Shown here one piece after another: positions 45,282 through 56,054 of a stretch of DNA of 64,000 bases. The notes below the pieces were generated by a model, which was not told where the DNA came from, did not search any database, and was given only the letters and a program-made list of their open reading frames with translations. The stretch comes from a virus: positions 1 to 64,000 of IMG/VR virus record IMGVR_UViG_3300030107_002093. One strand, given 5' to 3'. The position numbers and the translations under genes were made by a program. The stretch's first letter is position 1, and every line of letters starts with the position of its first letter.

Positions 45282-48200
45282 TGGTTAACAGTAATCCGGG
45301 CTTCTTGTCGACTCTATCTGCTAGTCCCAGCACTAGAATTGTAGATGGGACAGACAATATACACAGTGGTATAATCAACGCTCTGAACGTTGCCACTGGT
45401 GGTAATAGCGTTCTCAGTGGATTTAACATCACACAAGAAGATGGTGGTGCATACACGAAGTATGACGTTGCATCTGGTAAGATAATGAGAAACGGTCTTC
45501 TAGTGTCTATCTCCGCTAGGAATGACATAGAACCCGGTGTAGGAGAAAGAGCAGGTAATGATTGGTATGCCACTGTTGTAGTTGACGCATCGAATGTCAT
45601 ACAGATTAGGACTGGTGCTAATTCGTTAAGCACTGCCTCTGTATCCTCATTGACTGCTGGTGATATCCCTGTTGCTATAATCAAGTATCCAGCAGGTTCA
45701 GACCACGATGCTATAGACAGACTAGTTCAGTTCTTAGGTTATGACCAAACGACTAAGGGATTCAGTGCGATAAACAGTGGGTCAGAGACATTGAGGATAA
45801 ATGCCAATGGAACTCTAACCAAGGGTTCCGCGACACTTACACTCCCCTCATCCACAGGAACTGTTGCTCTCACTTCTGACATAACTTACACATCTGCCAT
45901 TTCAGAAGGGAACTCTGGACTGATTCCTAGTGGTGGTGTAGCAACTGCAAACATAGCCGATGATGCGGTAACATACGCGAAGATGCAGAATGTTTCTGCC
46001 ACTAATAGAATTCTAGGTAGAGATAGTTCTGGGGCAGGTGTTGTAGAGGAAATAACCCCAGCAAACTTAGTTTCAATGCTTGGTATAGAAGCAAGTGCTA
46101 CTGCTGACCAAACGGATGCTGAGATTGAGACTGCTTACAATACCAGAGTCAGCCAAGTATCCTCAGCAGAAAGGACTGCTGGTAGTTCTACTGATATCAA
46201 GAGATATGCACCTGCTGATATCAAGAGCATGATTGACACTCATCAGACTGATACCAATACAGATGTGACCACCGCCAATCTAAAGACCAAACTAAATTCT
46301 GACTTTGGTAGCGATTTCACTATAGGTTCACAGACCAATGACACGGCTATCTTTACTGGTCATCTAACAGTAGGCGGAAACCTAACCGTCAATGGTGCTA
46401 CACAGACTATCAACTCAACCGTTGTCACAGTTGATGACCCTGTATTCACATTGGGTGGGGATGGCACAGGAGCCAATGACAACAAGGATAGGGGAATAGA
46501 ATTCAAGTGGCATAATGGTTCCTCTGGAAAGATAGGCTTCTTCGGGTTCGATGATAACACAGGGAAATTCACCTTCATCCCTGATGCTACCAATAACAGT
46601 GAAGTGTTCTCTGGAACTGCTGGAACAATAGTAGCAGATTTGGAGGGTGGTGTTACAGGTAATGCCTCTACTGCGACTGCTCTAGCGACTTCTAGAAATT
46701 TCAGTATCACTGGTGATGTCACTGCAAGTGCCGTTGGGTTCACGGGTGCGGCAAATGTAGCCTTGTCAACCACTCTAGCGGATGATGCGGTTGCCACTGC
46801 CAAGATAGCAGATGACGCAGTGACTAGTGCTAAGATAGCAGATGGAACGATAGTCGCTGGTAACGTTGCAGATGATGCAATCACCTATGCCAAGATGCAA
46901 GACACCTCCACTAACAACAGGGTGCTAGGTGCTACTACTGCTGGCACGATTGGAGAGGTTCAAGTCGCTACGGCAATGATAGCAGACGATGCCATAACAT
47001 CAGCGAAGATAGCAGACGATGCAGTCGGTGCTGACCAATTGGGGTCTAATGCAGTAGTAAACGCAAGTGTTGCCAGTGATGCGGCAATAGCGCAGAGCAA
47101 GATAGACGGATTAGTATCCGCTCTAAGTGGTAAGGAACCAAGCCTCACCATAAGTGATGGGCTGGATAGAAGCAGTGCTACATTGAAGGTTGACATTGAT
47201 GGTCTTACTATCGAGAATGGTATTGACAGAACGGCTGATTATCTGATGTATGACGATGCAACCAATGGGTTGAGGAGAATCAATCCAGCGAACTTGTTCG
47301 CGCTTCTCATTGCCTCGGACATACCAGACATATCTGCAAACTATCGGGCTACTGGAACGGCTATTGTCAATGCTGACATATCGAACAGTGCGGCAATTAG
47401 TGCAGATAAGATTGCTGATGGAACAACTAACAAACTATTTACGGCTACACTGAAAACCAAACTTGATGGAATTGCCGCTAGTGCTACTGCTGGTGCTGAC
47501 TGGAGTAGCAATGTTTCTAATATTTCTGTGACTAACGCACAACTTGCTGGAAGCATTGCAAACTCCAAACTAGCAAACTCAGGAGTTACTATCAATAGTA
47601 ACTCAGTCAATCTTGGTGGGACTCTCACATTAGACACAGACGATTTCGCAGAAGGTAGCAACAAGTTCTACACTGATGAGAGAGTCGATGATAGAGTCAA
47701 TGCTCTGATAACCGATGGAGAGGGAATCACCACCACATACGATGATAGCGCAGGGACATTAACTGTAGCCGCAGAAAATGCTACTACTTCCAATAAGGGA
47801 GTAGCATCCTTCACTTCTGATATGTTTGATGTCTCTTCCGGTGTAGTTTCATTGAAGAACGGTGCAATACAAAATGCTCAGATAGCAAGCAATGCTAGTA
47901 TTGCTCAAAGCAAGATAGCAAACTTAGTCTCCAATCTTTCTGATAAGGTTGAGACTCTAAGCGATTTAAACATCACTGCGTCTGCGGCAGAGATAAACAT
48001 CCTAGATGGTGTCACAGGTGTTAGTGCCACAGAGATTGGCTATCTTGATGGAGTCACATCGGCAATACAAACCCAGTTAAACACAAAACTCTCCACTGTT
48101 GCAGTAGCGGATTTATCTGACATAAGCGCATTAGTGACTGCAATTAATAGTAATTCTACTGATGCTCAACTTCCAACTGCGAAGGCAGTTAAGGAGTATA

Positions 48201-51200
48201 TCACACAACAAGAAGTAGAAGACCACACATACACGATTGGTGTAGAACTCTCAGGTAGCATTCCCCTGATTAAAATATCAGACCAGTTTGGAGGTTCATC
48301 CACCCTTCAGGTAACTGGTGGGGATAGAATAACAACGGGTGTAAATTCTGGGAGACTGACTATTTCAGATTCAGGAAAGGGTGCAGTAGCCAGCGCGTCT
48401 TTCAATCAAGGTCTACTAACTCTAACTCACGATGATGGGACTACATCTACAGCGACTCTACCTGATGCCACAACAGATGCTCACGGTCTAATGACTGATG
48501 ACCAATTTGATAAACTGGCTGGTATCGAGGCATTAGCAGATGTTACCGATAAGGCAAATGTGGTGGCTTCTCTTGGACTTCTTAATGAGAGTGACACTCT
48601 TTACCTTGGTGATGCTGGCAATGATACTACTGTTAGGGTCAGGGGCAATTTCTTTGTTGATGGAACAACTACAACAATAAATCAGACTGAGATTAACGTT
48701 CAAGATGCAATTAAGTTTGAAGGGCAGACTGCTGATGACTACGAAACCATTCTTCGTATCATAGACCCAACTGCTGATAGAGTAATATCTCTCCCAGACA
48801 TAACGGGAACTGTAGTCACAACAGGAGATTCACAGACTGTTGCTACAGGTATGATTGCAAACCTTGGAGTAACTACAGGTAAGATAAACAGTAATGCAGT
48901 CACTTCTGGAAAACTAGGAACAGGTGCGGTAATAACTGCAAAACTTGCTGATGATGCAGTCACCACAATTAAGATTACAGATGCGAATGTGACTACGGCT
49001 AAGATTGCTGATGATGCAGTTACAATGGCTAAGATTGATGGGATTACAGATGCTGGTAGTGGTTCGGTAATCACCTCTGCTGAGAGAACCAAACTAAGTG
49101 GCATTGCAACAGGTGCAGAAGTGAATGTCCAATCTGATTGGAATGCCTCTAGTGGGGATGCCAAGATTCTCAATAAGCCAAATGTTGCATACACATCTGC
49201 AATACCAAATGCTACTGCTTCACAGACTGGCCTAGCGACTTCAACTCAGATTACCAAATTGGATGCAATTGACGCAAGTGCAGACGTTACTGATGCAACG
49301 ACTGTGAATGCCGCAGGTGCGGTAATGCACACAGATATACCAGATAGCGATACTGGTTTCATTAAGAGGACTGGTTCTGAGACATATGACATTGATACTA
49401 ACACATATCTGACATCTCTAGCCACCACCGGGTTAACTGATATTGCCCAATTAGAAACCAACTTGGCAAGTATCACAGATGACCATGCTGGACTAGCAAC
49501 TGCAAAGGCAGTCAAAGCGTATGTGGATAGCATTCCCGGTGGAGTTGGAGGAATGTCATTCGTCTTAGAAGACGGAGATGGAACAGAAATTACAATTGCT
49601 GACTCCAAAGAAATCAAATTTGTTGAGGGTGGTTTAATTGATATTAATTGGACTGATACAGATAATGGAACGGATGCTGACCCATATGACCTGACATTCA
49701 CAGTAGATAATGACCTAGCAAACTACAGTAATACGAATAGTGGTTTCTCTACTACAAGCGCATTAACATCTGCAACTGCGGCTACTGCGATAACTGGTAA
49801 GGTATTGACGAACCTCTCTACAGGTAGTGGTGGAACAGTTGCGGCTACAGACACAATCCTAGCCGCATTCGGTAAACTAGAGAATAGAGTTGCACTCAAT
49901 GATGCTAAGGTGACAAACACAGATGTTAGTGTAACAGAACCTAACCTCCGCACTACATTAACTGCTATTACTGAAAATGTGACAATCGGTGATGGAACAG
50001 ATGTAACTGTGACTACTTCTGGAGCATTGGTAGTTACAGGCAATCTAACAGTAAATGGAACAACTACGACTCTTGATACAACTAACTTGGCTATTGAAGA
50101 TAAAAACATAGTCTTAGGAACTGGTAATGATACTGGTGAGATTCTAGATGCAACAGGCCTTACTCTAGAAGGAGGCAGTGGAGATGATATGACTCTACAG
50201 TATCTTGCTTCTGCTAATAGAATGGAATTGAAACTAGGGTCTAGTTATGGGGATTTGAAGGCTGGAACTGTAACGGGAACATTCGTAGGCGACTTAACGG
50301 GTGATGTGACAGGCAATGCCGATACTGCAACCACTCTGGCTACGGCTAGAACTATTGCTGGGAAGTCTTTCAATGGTTCTGCCAATATCACGATAGCGAC
50401 AACTGACCTATCTGATATCACGGCATTGGATACAGACTTGTCATCTGTCAGTGCAAGTGATGATACTCTTGCTACGGCTAAGGCAATCAAGACATATGTA
50501 GATGCTCAAGTGGATACTGAGGACACACTTGCTGAATTGGATGATACCAATATCGGTTCACTCTCGGCTGGGCATCTTCTCATTTATGATTCAACTGCTG
50601 GTGTTTGGGACAATGCAATCCCAACAGGAACAGATACTACTACAGTAGACATGACGATTACTGGGGGAGATGGAACATTAGCAATCTCTGCTGACTTAAA
50701 GAATCCTGATGGTCTTACTGTCATCACGGATGATGGTGCTGGCTCTACTCTAACTGCTACTGGAACAGACGAGATGATGGTATGGGATGTTGGTTCAAGT
50801 GCTTGGAGAGTAATGACTCTAGCAAACCTATCTGACTTCGCAGTATCAAATGGTGCAGGTGGCATTAGTGCATACAAAACAATCTCCGTTCCAGACGATG
50901 GGAACTCAGGGCCAGACTCTCAGGCAAACGTAGTTGCTAGTGATACTGCTGATACCCTAGTTCTCAAGGGAGACTCAATTGCAATCACAACCGGAACTGA
51001 CTTGATTAATTTCAATGTGAACATAGACGGTCTTACTGCTCTTGGTGGAACTGGGCTTCATCAGACGCAAGACCACTTCATGTTCTCAGACAATGGGACT
51101 GAGAAGAAGATTACATTCTCTAATCTTGAAGATGCCATCTTCGCCAATGTAAGTGGTGACGCTACAATAGCCGCAGGTGGGGCGTTGACCATTGGTAGTG

Positions 51201-54200
51201 GTGCAGTTGAGAATGGAATGTTAGCAACTGGAATTGACATGGACAAGTTGGATGGTGATTCCCTCGCAACTGCTATCACAGACTTCGCTCAAGATGACTT
51301 GGTAATTCTATCTGATACATCAGATTCAGGTAATCTTGTGAAGATGACTACCTCTAACTTTGAGGATGCCATCTTCGGAAACGTTAGTGGAGATATCGCA
51401 ATAGCGGCTGGTGGTGCGGCAACAATACAAGCCAATAGCGTAGCACTAGGAACAGACACAACTGGAAACTACATGACGGATGTTTCTGCTGGAACAGGAA
51501 TAGATGTCACTCATACTGCGGCAGAAGGCTCAACTGCTACTATTGCAGTAGACGTATCTGACTTCATGTCAAATGGTGCGAACAATAGGATTCTAACTGC
51601 AACTGGCACAGATGCCATGAATGCGGAGGCGAATCTAACCTTCGATGGAAGCACACTTGCAATTGCCGCAACTGGTGCGACAGGTGGTATTGGAGTATCA
51701 ATGCAGAACAACGAGGGTAAGTTCCTCGCATATACTGATGGTGGAAACTTCGTAGTCAAGGATTACCAAATTGATACAGGGGGTTCTACAGACGGAACAG
51801 ACCTATATCCATTCAAGATAATGGGAGGTTCTGCCAATAGTTCTCTCGTAGTTTCAAATGGGTTAGTTACTGTTGCAGGGGATTTGAAGGTAGGTGGAAA
51901 TGACATCAAGGCATCTGATGGAACTACTGCAATAACTCTATCCGGGGCTGATGCAACTACTGCTGGCATCATTTCAGGTCTTGATGGAAAATTAAAACTT
52001 GGCTCTTCTGGACAATTGGATATTGACTTCGATGGCTCGCATTCACGCATAACCCATGATGCGGCAACAGACTCTTGGATGATATTCAAGAACGAAGATG
52101 GTGCAGGTTTCCAATTCAACATCGGTAGTGACAAGGGAATTGAGATAAACAAAGATGGTAATGTTGAGTTATATTATGATAACACTAAGACACTTGAAAC
52201 TACTTCAACAGGTGTAACAGTAACAGGCGATTTGACAGTCACAGGTAATGATATCAAAGCATCTGATGGAACTACTGCTCTCAGTCTATCCGGTGCAGAT
52301 GTAACTGTTGCAGGTGATTTGACTGTATCTGGAACTACTACGACTGTCAATTCAAACACCGTAAACATAGGAGATAGCATAATCACGCTAAACTCAGATG
52401 AGACAGGAACTCCTTCACAAGACGGTGGTATAGAGATTGAGAGAGGAACTTCAACTAACAAGTCATTCTATTGGGATGAGAGCGAAGATAAGTGGTCTGT
52501 CGGTTCTGAGACAATGGTAGCGGGAACCTTTGAAGGAAATCTAACTGGAAATGTAACTGGAAATGCTAGTGGAACTGCGGCTACTGTCACAGGTGCGGCG
52601 CAGACAAACATTACCTCTCTTGGAACTCTAACTGCTCTACAGGTAGACAATCTCAACGTTAACGGTAATACCATATCTAGCACAGACACAAATGGAGATA
52701 TTACAGTCACACCTAACGGAACAGGAGATATTGTTCTTGATAGCCAAAAGTGGCCTCAAGCAGATGGAAGCGCAAATCAAATTCTTTCTACTAATGGAAG
52801 CGGTCAACTATCTTGGATTGATGCTACTTCTGCGGCTGGTGGTGGAGATGGACTTACTCTAGCAAATGGTGCAGATAACAGAATAGTTACTGCTACTGGT
52901 TCTACAGGATTGAATGGTGAATCTACTCTTACTTGGAATGGTAGTAAATTACACGTTGATAGAGGAACCGTTGTAGCGGCTTCGTTAACTTTTGATGCTG
53001 ATGCGGCGGCAGTTATCTCATCTGAAAACTCACAGTTGGCATTTGGTTTGCACAACGCAAGTCCGTGGTGCTATTGGATGCAAGCAAGAACACATACAGA
53101 TGGTGCTAGGCAGTTGATGATTAACCCACTAGGAGGAAATGTGGGCATAGGTGCTTTGGATGCTGATGATTACAAATTGCACGTTAAAGGTGATTTCCAA
53201 GCACAAGGCGACCACACCGGAAACGTAGTCATTGACAACACAGGGACAGGTCAAACTATTCTCGCAAGTCACACAGGTTCGGGAAGTCCTGTGCCTTGGG
53301 ATATTCGTGAGGCATCATCAACCAATAGCGACTCAGCAAATTATGGGCCACTACATATCACAAGAATGAACATGGCCGCAGACGGCGCAGGTTCTAACAT
53401 CCATTTTAGGACTAAGAAATACGATAGTAACACTCCACAGGAAGTCGGTGGTATTGGTGCTACGATTGACGCAGGGCTTACTGCGGATACTACAATCACA
53501 GGTAGTCTTCACTTCTATACGACTGATGCAGGTTCAACTCGTCAAGAGAAGATGACAATCAAATCCGATGGTAAAGTCGGAATAGGCATTACGAGTCCCG
53601 ATGATATTCTCCATGTAAAGGGAACCGATGCGGCAATTCTTGTCGAAGACGCAGGTTCAAACAGCAACCCTGCGGTTGAGATAAAGAACGATGCGGCTCA
53701 TTGGAAATTACAGGCAAGGGGTGGAGATAGTGATAAATTCCGCATTGTCGAAGGTAGCAACACCCATGTCACAATTGATACATCCGGTAATGCCACAATA
53801 GCAGGTGCATTAACAGGAACTGGTTCTCTTACAATGAACTATGCAGGTTCAGATGGGTATGCTGATATTATCGGCCCGCTAAATAGGGATTTGAGATTCG
53901 TTCTCCGAGATAATGGTGATGGAGATAGTTTCCTCTTTAGGAATGCGGCTGGAACAGACTTACTTGACCTCAGTAGAACAGGAAGTATGACCTTAAATGG
54001 CGCATTTTCAGCCACTACGAAGTCTTTCGATATAGAACACCCAACAGAAGAAGGGAAGAGATTGCATCACGGTTCTCTTGAAGGGCCGGAACACGGTGTT
54101 TACATTAGAGGCAGATTAGAAGGAGATACGATTGAACTCCCTGACTACTGGCTAGGTCTAGTTGATGAGGATACAATCACAGTTCAACTAACTCCCAACA

Positions 54201-54340
54201 AGGGATTCCAGCAGATATACGTTGACCACATAGAGGACAACAAGGTGTATGTGGGAACGCAAACTGATACACCAATTGACTGCTTCTACTTCATACAGGC
54301 TGAGAGAAAGGACGTTGAGAAAATGGTGGTGGAATACTAA
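45281..54340 (+). CDS. giant modular tail fibre, 3019 aa
   Basis: IADDAVTxAK repeats, GxLTVxGTTTT modules, GNVGIG segments, C-terminal KSFDIEHP...LHHGSLEGPE domain. Confidence 0.85.
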   Translation: MVNSNPGFLSTLSASPSTRIVDGTDNIHSGIINALNVATGGNSVLSGFNITQEDGGAYTKYDVASGKIMRNGLLVSISARNDIEPGVGERAGNDWYATVVVDASNVIQIRTGANSLSTASVSSLTAGDIPVAIIKYPAGSDHDAIDRLVQFLGYDQTTKGFSAINSGSETLRINANGTLTKGSATLTLPSSTGTVALTSDITYTSAISEGNSGLIPSGGVATANIADDAVTYAKMQNVSATNRILGRDSSGAGVVEEITPANLVSMLGIEASATADQTDAEIETAYNTRVSQVSSAERTAGSSTDIKRYAPADIKSMIDTHQTDTNTDVTTANLKTKLNSDFGSDFTIGSQTNDTAIFTGHLTVGGNLTVNGATQTINSTVVTVDDPVFTLGGDGTGANDNKDRGIEFKWHNGSSGKIGFFGFDDNTGKFTFIPDATNNSEVFSGTAGTIVADLEGGVTGNASTATALATSRNFSITGDVTASAVGFTGAANVALSTTLADDAVATAKIADDAVTSAKIADGTIVAGNVADDAITYAKMQDTSTNNRVLGATTAGTIGEVQVATAMIADDAITSAKIADDAVGADQLGSNAVVNASVASDAAIAQSKIDGLVSALSGKEPSLTISDGLDRSSATLKVDIDGLTIENGIDRTADYLMYDDATNGLRRINPANLFALLIASDIPDISANYRATGTAIVNADISNSAAISADKIADGTTNKLFTATLKTKLDGIAASATAGADWSSNVSNISVTNAQLAGSIANSKLANSGVTINSNSVNLGGTLTLDTDDFAEGSNKFYTDERVDDRVNALITDGEGITTTYDDSAGTLTVAAENATTSNKGVASFTSDMFDVSSGVVSLKNGAIQNAQIASNASIAQSKIANLVSNLSDKVETLSDLNITASAAEINILDGVTGVSATEIGYLDGVTSAIQTQLNTKLSTVAVADLSDISALVTAINSNSTDAQLPTAKAVKEYITQQEVEDHTYTIGVELSGSIPLIKISDQFGGSSTLQVTGGDRITTGVNSGRLTISDSGKGAVASASFNQGLLTLTHDDGTTSTATLPDATTDAHGLMTDDQFDKLAGIEALADVTDKANVVASLGLLNESDTLYLGDAGNDTTVRVRGNFFVDGTTTTINQTEINVQDAIKFEGQTADDYETILRIIDPTADRVISLPDITGTVVTTGDSQTVATGMIANLGVTTGKINSNAVTSGKLGTGAVITAKLADDAVTTIKITDANVTTAKIADDAVTMAKIDGITDAGSGSVITSAERTKLSGIATGAEVNVQSDWNASSGDAKILNKPNVAYTSAIPNATASQTGLATSTQITKLDAIDASADVTDATTVNAAGAVMHTDIPDSDTGFIKRTGSETYDIDTNTYLTSLATTGLTDIAQLETNLASITDDHAGLATAKAVKAYVDSIPGGVGGMSFVLEDGDGTEITIADSKEIKFVEGGLIDINWTDTDNGTDADPYDLTFTVDNDLANYSNTNSGFSTTSALTSATAATAITGKVLTNLSTGSGGTVAATDTILAAFGKLENRVALNDAKVTNTDVSVTEPNLRTTLTAITENVTIGDGTDVTVTTSGALVVTGNLTVNGTTTTLDTTNLAIEDKNIVLGTGNDTGEILDATGLTLEGGSGDDMTLQYLASANRMELKLGSSYGDLKAGTVTGTFVGDLTGDVTGNADTATTLATARTIAGKSFNGSANITIATTDLSDITALDTDLSSVSASDDTLATAKAIKTYVDAQVDTEDTLAELDDTNIGSLSAGHLLIYDSTAGVWDNAIPTGTDTTTVDMTITGGDGTLAISADLKNPDGLTVITDDGAGSTLTATGTDEMMVWDVGSSAWRVMTLANLSDFAVSNGAGGISAYKTISVPDDGNSGPDSQANVVASDTADTLVLKGDSIAITTGTDLINFNVNIDGLTALGGTGLHQTQDHFMFSDNGTEKKITFSNLEDAIFANVSGDATIAAGGALTIGSGAVENGMLATGIDMDKLDGDSLATAITDFAQDDLVILSDTSDSGNLVKMTTSNFEDAIFGNVSGDIAIAAGGAATIQANSVALGTDTTGNYMTDVSAGTGIDVTHTAAEGSTATIAVDVSDFMSNGANNRILTATGTDAMNAEANLTFDGSTLAIAATGATGGIGVSMQNNEGKFLAYTDGGNFVVKDYQIDTGGSTDGTDLYPFKIMGGSANSSLVVSNGLVTVAGDLKVGGNDIKASDGTTAITLSGADATTAGIISGLDGKLKLGSSGQLDIDFDGSHSRITHDAATDSWMIFKNEDGAGFQFNIGSDKGIEINKDGNVELYYDNTKTLETTSTGVTVTGDLTVTGNDIKASDGTTALSLSGADVTVAGDLTVSGTTTTVNSNTVNIGDSIITLNSDETGTPSQDGGIEIERGTSTNKSFYWDESEDKWSVGSETMVAGTFEGNLTGNVTGNASGTAATVTGAAQTNITSLGTLTALQVDNLNVNGNTISSTDTNGDITVTPNGTGDIVLDSQKWPQADGSANQILSTNGSGQLSWIDATSAAGGGDGLTLANGADNRIVTATGSTGLNGESTLTWNGSKLHVDRGTVVAASLTFDADAAAVISSENSQLAFGLHNASPWCYWMQARTHTDGARQLMINPLGGNVGIGALDADDYKLHVKGDFQAQGDHTGNVVIDNTGTGQTILASHTGSGSPVPWDIREASSTNSDSANYGPLHITRMNMAADGAGSNIHFRTKKYDSNTPQEVGGIGATIDAGLTADTTITGSLHFYTTDAGSTRQEKMTIKSDGKVGIGITSPDDILHVKGTDAAILVEDAGSNSNPAVEIKNDAAHWKLQARGGDSDKFRIVEGSNTHVTIDTSGNATIAGALTGTGSLTMNYAGSDGYADIIGPLNRDLRFVLRDNGDGDSFLFRNAAGTDLLDLSRTGSMTLNGAFSATTKSFDIEHPTEEGKRLHHGSLEGPEHGVYIRGRLEGDTIELPDYWLGLVDEDTITVQLTPNKGFQQIYVDHIEDNKVYVGTQTDTPIDCFYFIQAERKDVEKMVVEY

Positions 54341-55110
54341 TGGGATTCTATAGCGGCCCAACAGTAGTGAATGATTCGCTTGTATTCTGCTTCGATGCAG
54401 GTAGCGATAAATGCACAGATGCAGATGATGCATTAGCAAGCATGAGAGACATTGGGCCAGTCGCACATTCTTCTAGAACAGATAGGAGTATGAGTGGTGA
54501 AGGCATAGTTGCGAATATCTCATTCCCAACTGATACAGGTGCGGCTAAGGCAATCAACACAGGTGTCACATATCGAAGAAGTGATGGTGATTCTGCTGAC
54601 CCTTCTAACTTTGAGAATAGAATAGCAATGGCTGATAATCTTGTCTTTGCAGACCAAGCCGCATGGAGTATGGAATTTTGGGCAAAACCCGATTCCGATT
54701 CAGAACATACGTTTCTGAGTCTAGCAGGTAAGGGTGGAACAAATAATTGGATGATTTGGCAACAAGGAAGTAGCACATGGTATCCTCGTTATCGAGATAA
54801 CAATTCCAATTATTACAGGGATAGTGCTGACACCAATGTTTCAGGGCCGGATGACTGGCATCAAGTTGTGTTTACTGCTGATACAAGTAGAAACATTGGG
54901 TTCTATGTGGATGGTGCTTTGCTTGGTGGCACAACTCAAGCCGCAGATACCGCCGCGACAGTTAATAGGTTAATGGCAGGTTATTCATCTGGGACTTCTA
55001 GATATGGTTTTCAAGGTAGTATGCTTTGTGCTAGAATCTATGCTAAGACATTATCAGCCGCAGAAGTTCTACAAAACTTCAACGCAACAAGAGGGAGAGT
55101 GGGAATATGA
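54340..55110 (+). CDS. LamG/concanavalin-A-like lectin domain protein
   Basis: LVFCFDAG, WSMEFW, WHQVVFT, FYVDG, RIYAKTLSAAEVLQNF. Confidence 0.8.
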   Translation: MGFYSGPTVVNDSLVFCFDAGSDKCTDADDALASMRDIGPVAHSSRTDRSMSGEGIVANISFPTDTGAAKAINTGVTYRRSDGDSADPSNFENRIAMADNLVFADQAAWSMEFWAKPDSDSEHTFLSLAGKGGTNNWMIWQQGSSTWYPRYRDNNSNYYRDSADTNVSGPDDWHQVVFTADTSRNIGFYVDGALLGGTTQAADTAATVNRLMAGYSSGTSRYGFQGSMLCARIYAKTLSAAEVLQNFNATRGRVGI

Positions 55111-55322
55111 AATACAAGATAAATGGAGTAGAGTATTCACAGAAACAATTAGAGAATATATTATCAGGTCTTACTGCTAAGTATTGTGATAGTGAAGGTA
55201 ATCCTATTGTAGAATTACAAGATGCCGCATTACTAGCATTAGAGCAAGGTAGTAGTTTTGTTCCTCTTACATTTGACGAGGCGATGATTCGGTCTAGGTT
55301 ATTACACACGGAGGAAGAATAA
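55107..55322 (+). CDS. small hypothetical protein
   Basis: ATGA-coupled ORF between the two LamG genes. Confidence 0.6.
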   Translation: MKYKINGVEYSQKQLENILSGLTAKYCDSEGNPIVELQDAALLALEQGSSFVPLTFDEAMIRSRLLHTEEE

Positions 55323-56054
55323 ATGGGAGTTTCGGGTGGCCCTTCTATACCACAAAGCGGTATGCAATTGAATCTAGATGCTTCCAATAGCAAGAGTTCT
55401 CCCGGTAGTGGAACAACTTGGACTGATGTTAGCGGAAATGGTAGAGACTTCACTTGGTCATCTGCACCCACATACAATACAAGACCTGTTGTTGGTGGAT
55501 ATCAACAACCAGATTCAATTGACTCTGCTATGTGTAGTGGCCCTGCTTCTGATTCATTCGGGATAACATCTTCGACAGGTGCTTCATTTGTCTTCTATTG
55601 CACCAATGATGCATTAACTGCTAAATCTGCTTTCAAGTGGTATATGTATGATGGGACAGGAAGCGATGCAAGGGGATATTTTGCACATATTCCGTGGAAT
55701 AATTCAAAAATCTACTTTGACACGAATGGTTCTACATCTACTCAAAGTGGTGGAGGTAGATTGAATACAGATACATTAACCAATATTGTGAATTACTTTT
55801 GGGTTCATGTATTTACCAAATCAGCAGACGGGGCTACGATGAAGATATACAGAGATGGCGAGGAAGTAGCATCTAGAACTAATGCAGGGGCTTGTCCAAC
55901 ATTGAGTGATGATGCGGCCACGATTGGTGGAGATGATGTGTATGCCTCCGGTTGGGATGCCAAGATGGGCTATTTCCTATGCTACAACAGGGAACTAAGT
56001 GCTGATGAGGCAAAGCAAATAACTGCCGCATTGCGTGGAAGGGATGGTGCTTAG
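55323..56054 (+). CDS. LamG/concanavalin-A-like lectin domain protein
   Basis: LNLDASNSKSSPGSGTTWTDVSGNG, IYRDG, YNRELSADE. Confidence 0.8.
   Translation: MGVSGGPSIPQSGMQLNLDASNSKSSPGSGTTWTDVSGNGRDFTWSSAPTYNTRPVVGGYQQPDSIDSAMCSGPASDSFGITSSTGASFVFYCTNDALTAKSAFKWYMYDGTGSDARGYFAHIPWNNSKIYFDTNGSTSTQSGGGRLNTDTLTNIVNYFWVHVFTKSADGATMKIYRDGEEVASRTNAGACPTLSDDAATIGGDDVYASGWDAKMGYFLCYNRELSADEAKQITAALRGRDGA

Noticed and set aside
45950-49040. Periodic gcagatgatgc-type repeats as a CRISPR array
   Set aside because: In-frame degenerate coding repeats (IADDAVTxAK) with no unique spacers and no cas genes
368-54776. Numerous minus-strand ORFs of 60-224 aa (e.g. 823-1497, 27415-27981, 46360-46884)
   Set aside because: Antisense shadows of long + strand genes; biased composition mirroring the sense codons, with no motifs
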